Assembly: GCA_000708835.1 (NCBI GenBank)
Contig: DF236950.1
Location: 466,129-530,128 of the forward strand
Source of the DNA: Klebsormidium nitens
Lineage: Eukaryota > Plantae > Klebsormidiophyceae
DNA: 64,000 nucleotides
Direction: 5' to 3'
Positions within the stretch are counted from its first letter, which is position 1; each line of letters begins with the position of its first letter. Shown in pieces: positions 62,275 through 64,000 of the stretch. The translations under genes were made by a program, and so were the position numbers. The notes below the pieces were generated by a model. That model had not been told where the DNA came from. It saw nothing but the letters and a program-made list of their open reading frames with translations, and did no database searches.

Positions 62275-63652
62275 TCAATGCCAATCTAAGTTGCTCCGTC
62301 TCTTCTTAGAAGGAGGCACCTGAAGGCCCAAATCAGGGACCACAAACAGATCATCCGAATCGGGCACGACAGCCGGGCCCATATCATACGACGACCGCGC
62401 CTTGCCCTTCAAAGCGGATCCCCCACCCTTTCTTGGAACAGCTGGGCTGTTGCTTGGCACCAAACCAGGGGACGGCGAATAGTCAAAGTTGGGCACCTCG
62501 TGCATTGACTCCGCGAAGGCGAGGTCGTCAAACATCCCAAGGTCAGCCGTCCAGTCAAAGTCACCCATAAGCGCGTCCATACCCTGCACAGACCGCACAC
62601 AACTTGATCAGACCAGCTCACACATTCTGATTTGGACATTGTAAGGAGCGAACCCAAACATTGAAGAGGTGTGACCATACGAAACGTGCCCGGACGCAAG
62701 AAAATACCAGACTTTACAAGAATCCCTACAGTGATTGTCACAAGAGCTGCTAATGGACACATAGCAACTGCATGCGCCGTCTCAATGTGCAGCTTAGCTG
62801 CCTTGCATGCCAGTTGCTGACAGGGCGCTGCAACGACAATCTCCTTCCAAAAGAAGGAGCGAACAAAAACTTGTTGACAGGTGGCCCAATGCACTTGTTG
62901 TTGCTCTCGCTTGATAACCAAAGAGAAATCACGCTTGACAACTAAAGAGAAATTAGTGCATCGAACTGCACCATACCCAGCGTATTTGCACAAAAACCAG
63001 ATATCTTTTGGCAGTCTCGTAATGACCCACAAATGCTCACCCTAAGACCTCATCAAAGCCAGCGCGCAGAATGTGCTGCCAATACAGGCACAGAACTTAC
63101 CTTTGTAGACCCAATGTCATTAAGGCTGTATCCATCCGCTAGGTTTGGGATCCCCAAAATCTCATCCACGCTCCACACCGGCACCGTCGAGTCAGGAAGC
63201 TCATTTACATTCACGCTCTGCCCCCTCCTCAACCCACTGCTGCTCGCACCCCCCCCTCGTGAGCTCGGCCCTGCCCCCGAGCTGCCCCCCCCAAAACCCC
63301 CACTAAACCCTGAACCCCCGCCACTGAAAGCTTCTGGAACGGGACTGGAAGGCACTGCCGTAGCTGACTTCTTCTTCGAGGGTTTCTGTTCGGCGGGCTG
63401 GTAAACAGGGACACGGGCAACTGGAGAGGTGGGCTTTGGAGGGAAGGGGGAACCGAGGACCTTAGACGGGGCAGATGTTGAGGGGGCCTCAGCCTGCTCG
63501 TCTGCCCCAAGATTTTCTAAGCCAACGCGGACTCCGGTCAGTAAAAACCGAGTGTGCTTCCGCGCTAGATCGTTGGCAGTGTGAATAGAGATGTCGCAAT
63601 CCCGGCACAGGAGAGCGCGGTCCTCGAGGCAAAAGAAGAACGCCGCTCCCTC
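62275..63652 (-). CDS. B-box zinc finger protein, structure group IV (BBX21/22/24-like); 5' exons not identified
   Basis: Exon 63652-63101 holds the second B-box (EGAAFFFCLEDRALLCRDCDISIHTANDLARKHTRFLLTG) and WSVDEILG. Exon 62583-62275 ends with the VP motif DDLFVVPDLG and basic NLS SKKRR. Confidence 0.9.
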
Positions 63653-64000
63653 CTGAAATAAGAGCAAGTTTGCGTGGGCAGAACTTCAAGGGGCTCGATT
63701 GTGCTCAAGGTTTTGACAATTGCTGAGCCATACTCAAGCTAGAACCATGGACTCTTCAGATTTCAATAATTGCTTGCATAATAACCCAGCAATGCTCATA
63801 CACAGGGCCAGTATGCTTAACCAAAGGTCGCATGCACTGCAGCCTTTAGCAATTGGAGCTGGCTGCAGCAGCTGCCGGAACTATGCAACCTCATTGAGAA
63901 ATCTTTATGCAACGAATCAGAGGTAGAACGCCCTTTTACCCTCTCACTATTGCAGCCTGCAAGCTTCTGAGTATAACAACAGGTTAAGAGACACCGCTGT

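Overview
This is gene-dense, GC-rich, intron-rich eukaryotic nuclear DNA, not prokaryotic. The plant-type gene set plus a ciliary dynein assembly factor points to a streptophyte green alga such as Klebsormidium, though the organism is my inference. I reconstructed 13 spliced genes by hand from GT/GC-AG boundaries and frame continuity. In order they are: two-RRM protein (+), proteasome beta-3 (-), plastid-targeted membrane protein ending in a complete IF-1 domain (+), DNAAF5/HEATR2 (-, spans a 504-N gap), LEA_2 protein (+), HAD-ThiD-ThiE thiamine fusion (-), SAMC-like mitochondrial carrier (+), CCDC25 (+), secreted alkaline phosphatase (-), double-EGF type I membrane protein (+), GNAT1/SNAT2-like acetyltransferase (-), L-arabinokinase (+) and a partial group IV BBX gene (-). 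The most notable observations are the membrane-protein/IF-1 fusion, the three-enzyme thiamine fusion, the near-identical duplicated EGF exons and the almost strictly alternating gene orientation. Non-coding features include a MITE-like element, inverted and tandem repeats, and two GC-AG introns. I found no rRNA, complete tRNA or CRISPR array. All family assignments come from motif recognition, not database searches, and exon boundaries may be off by a few bases.
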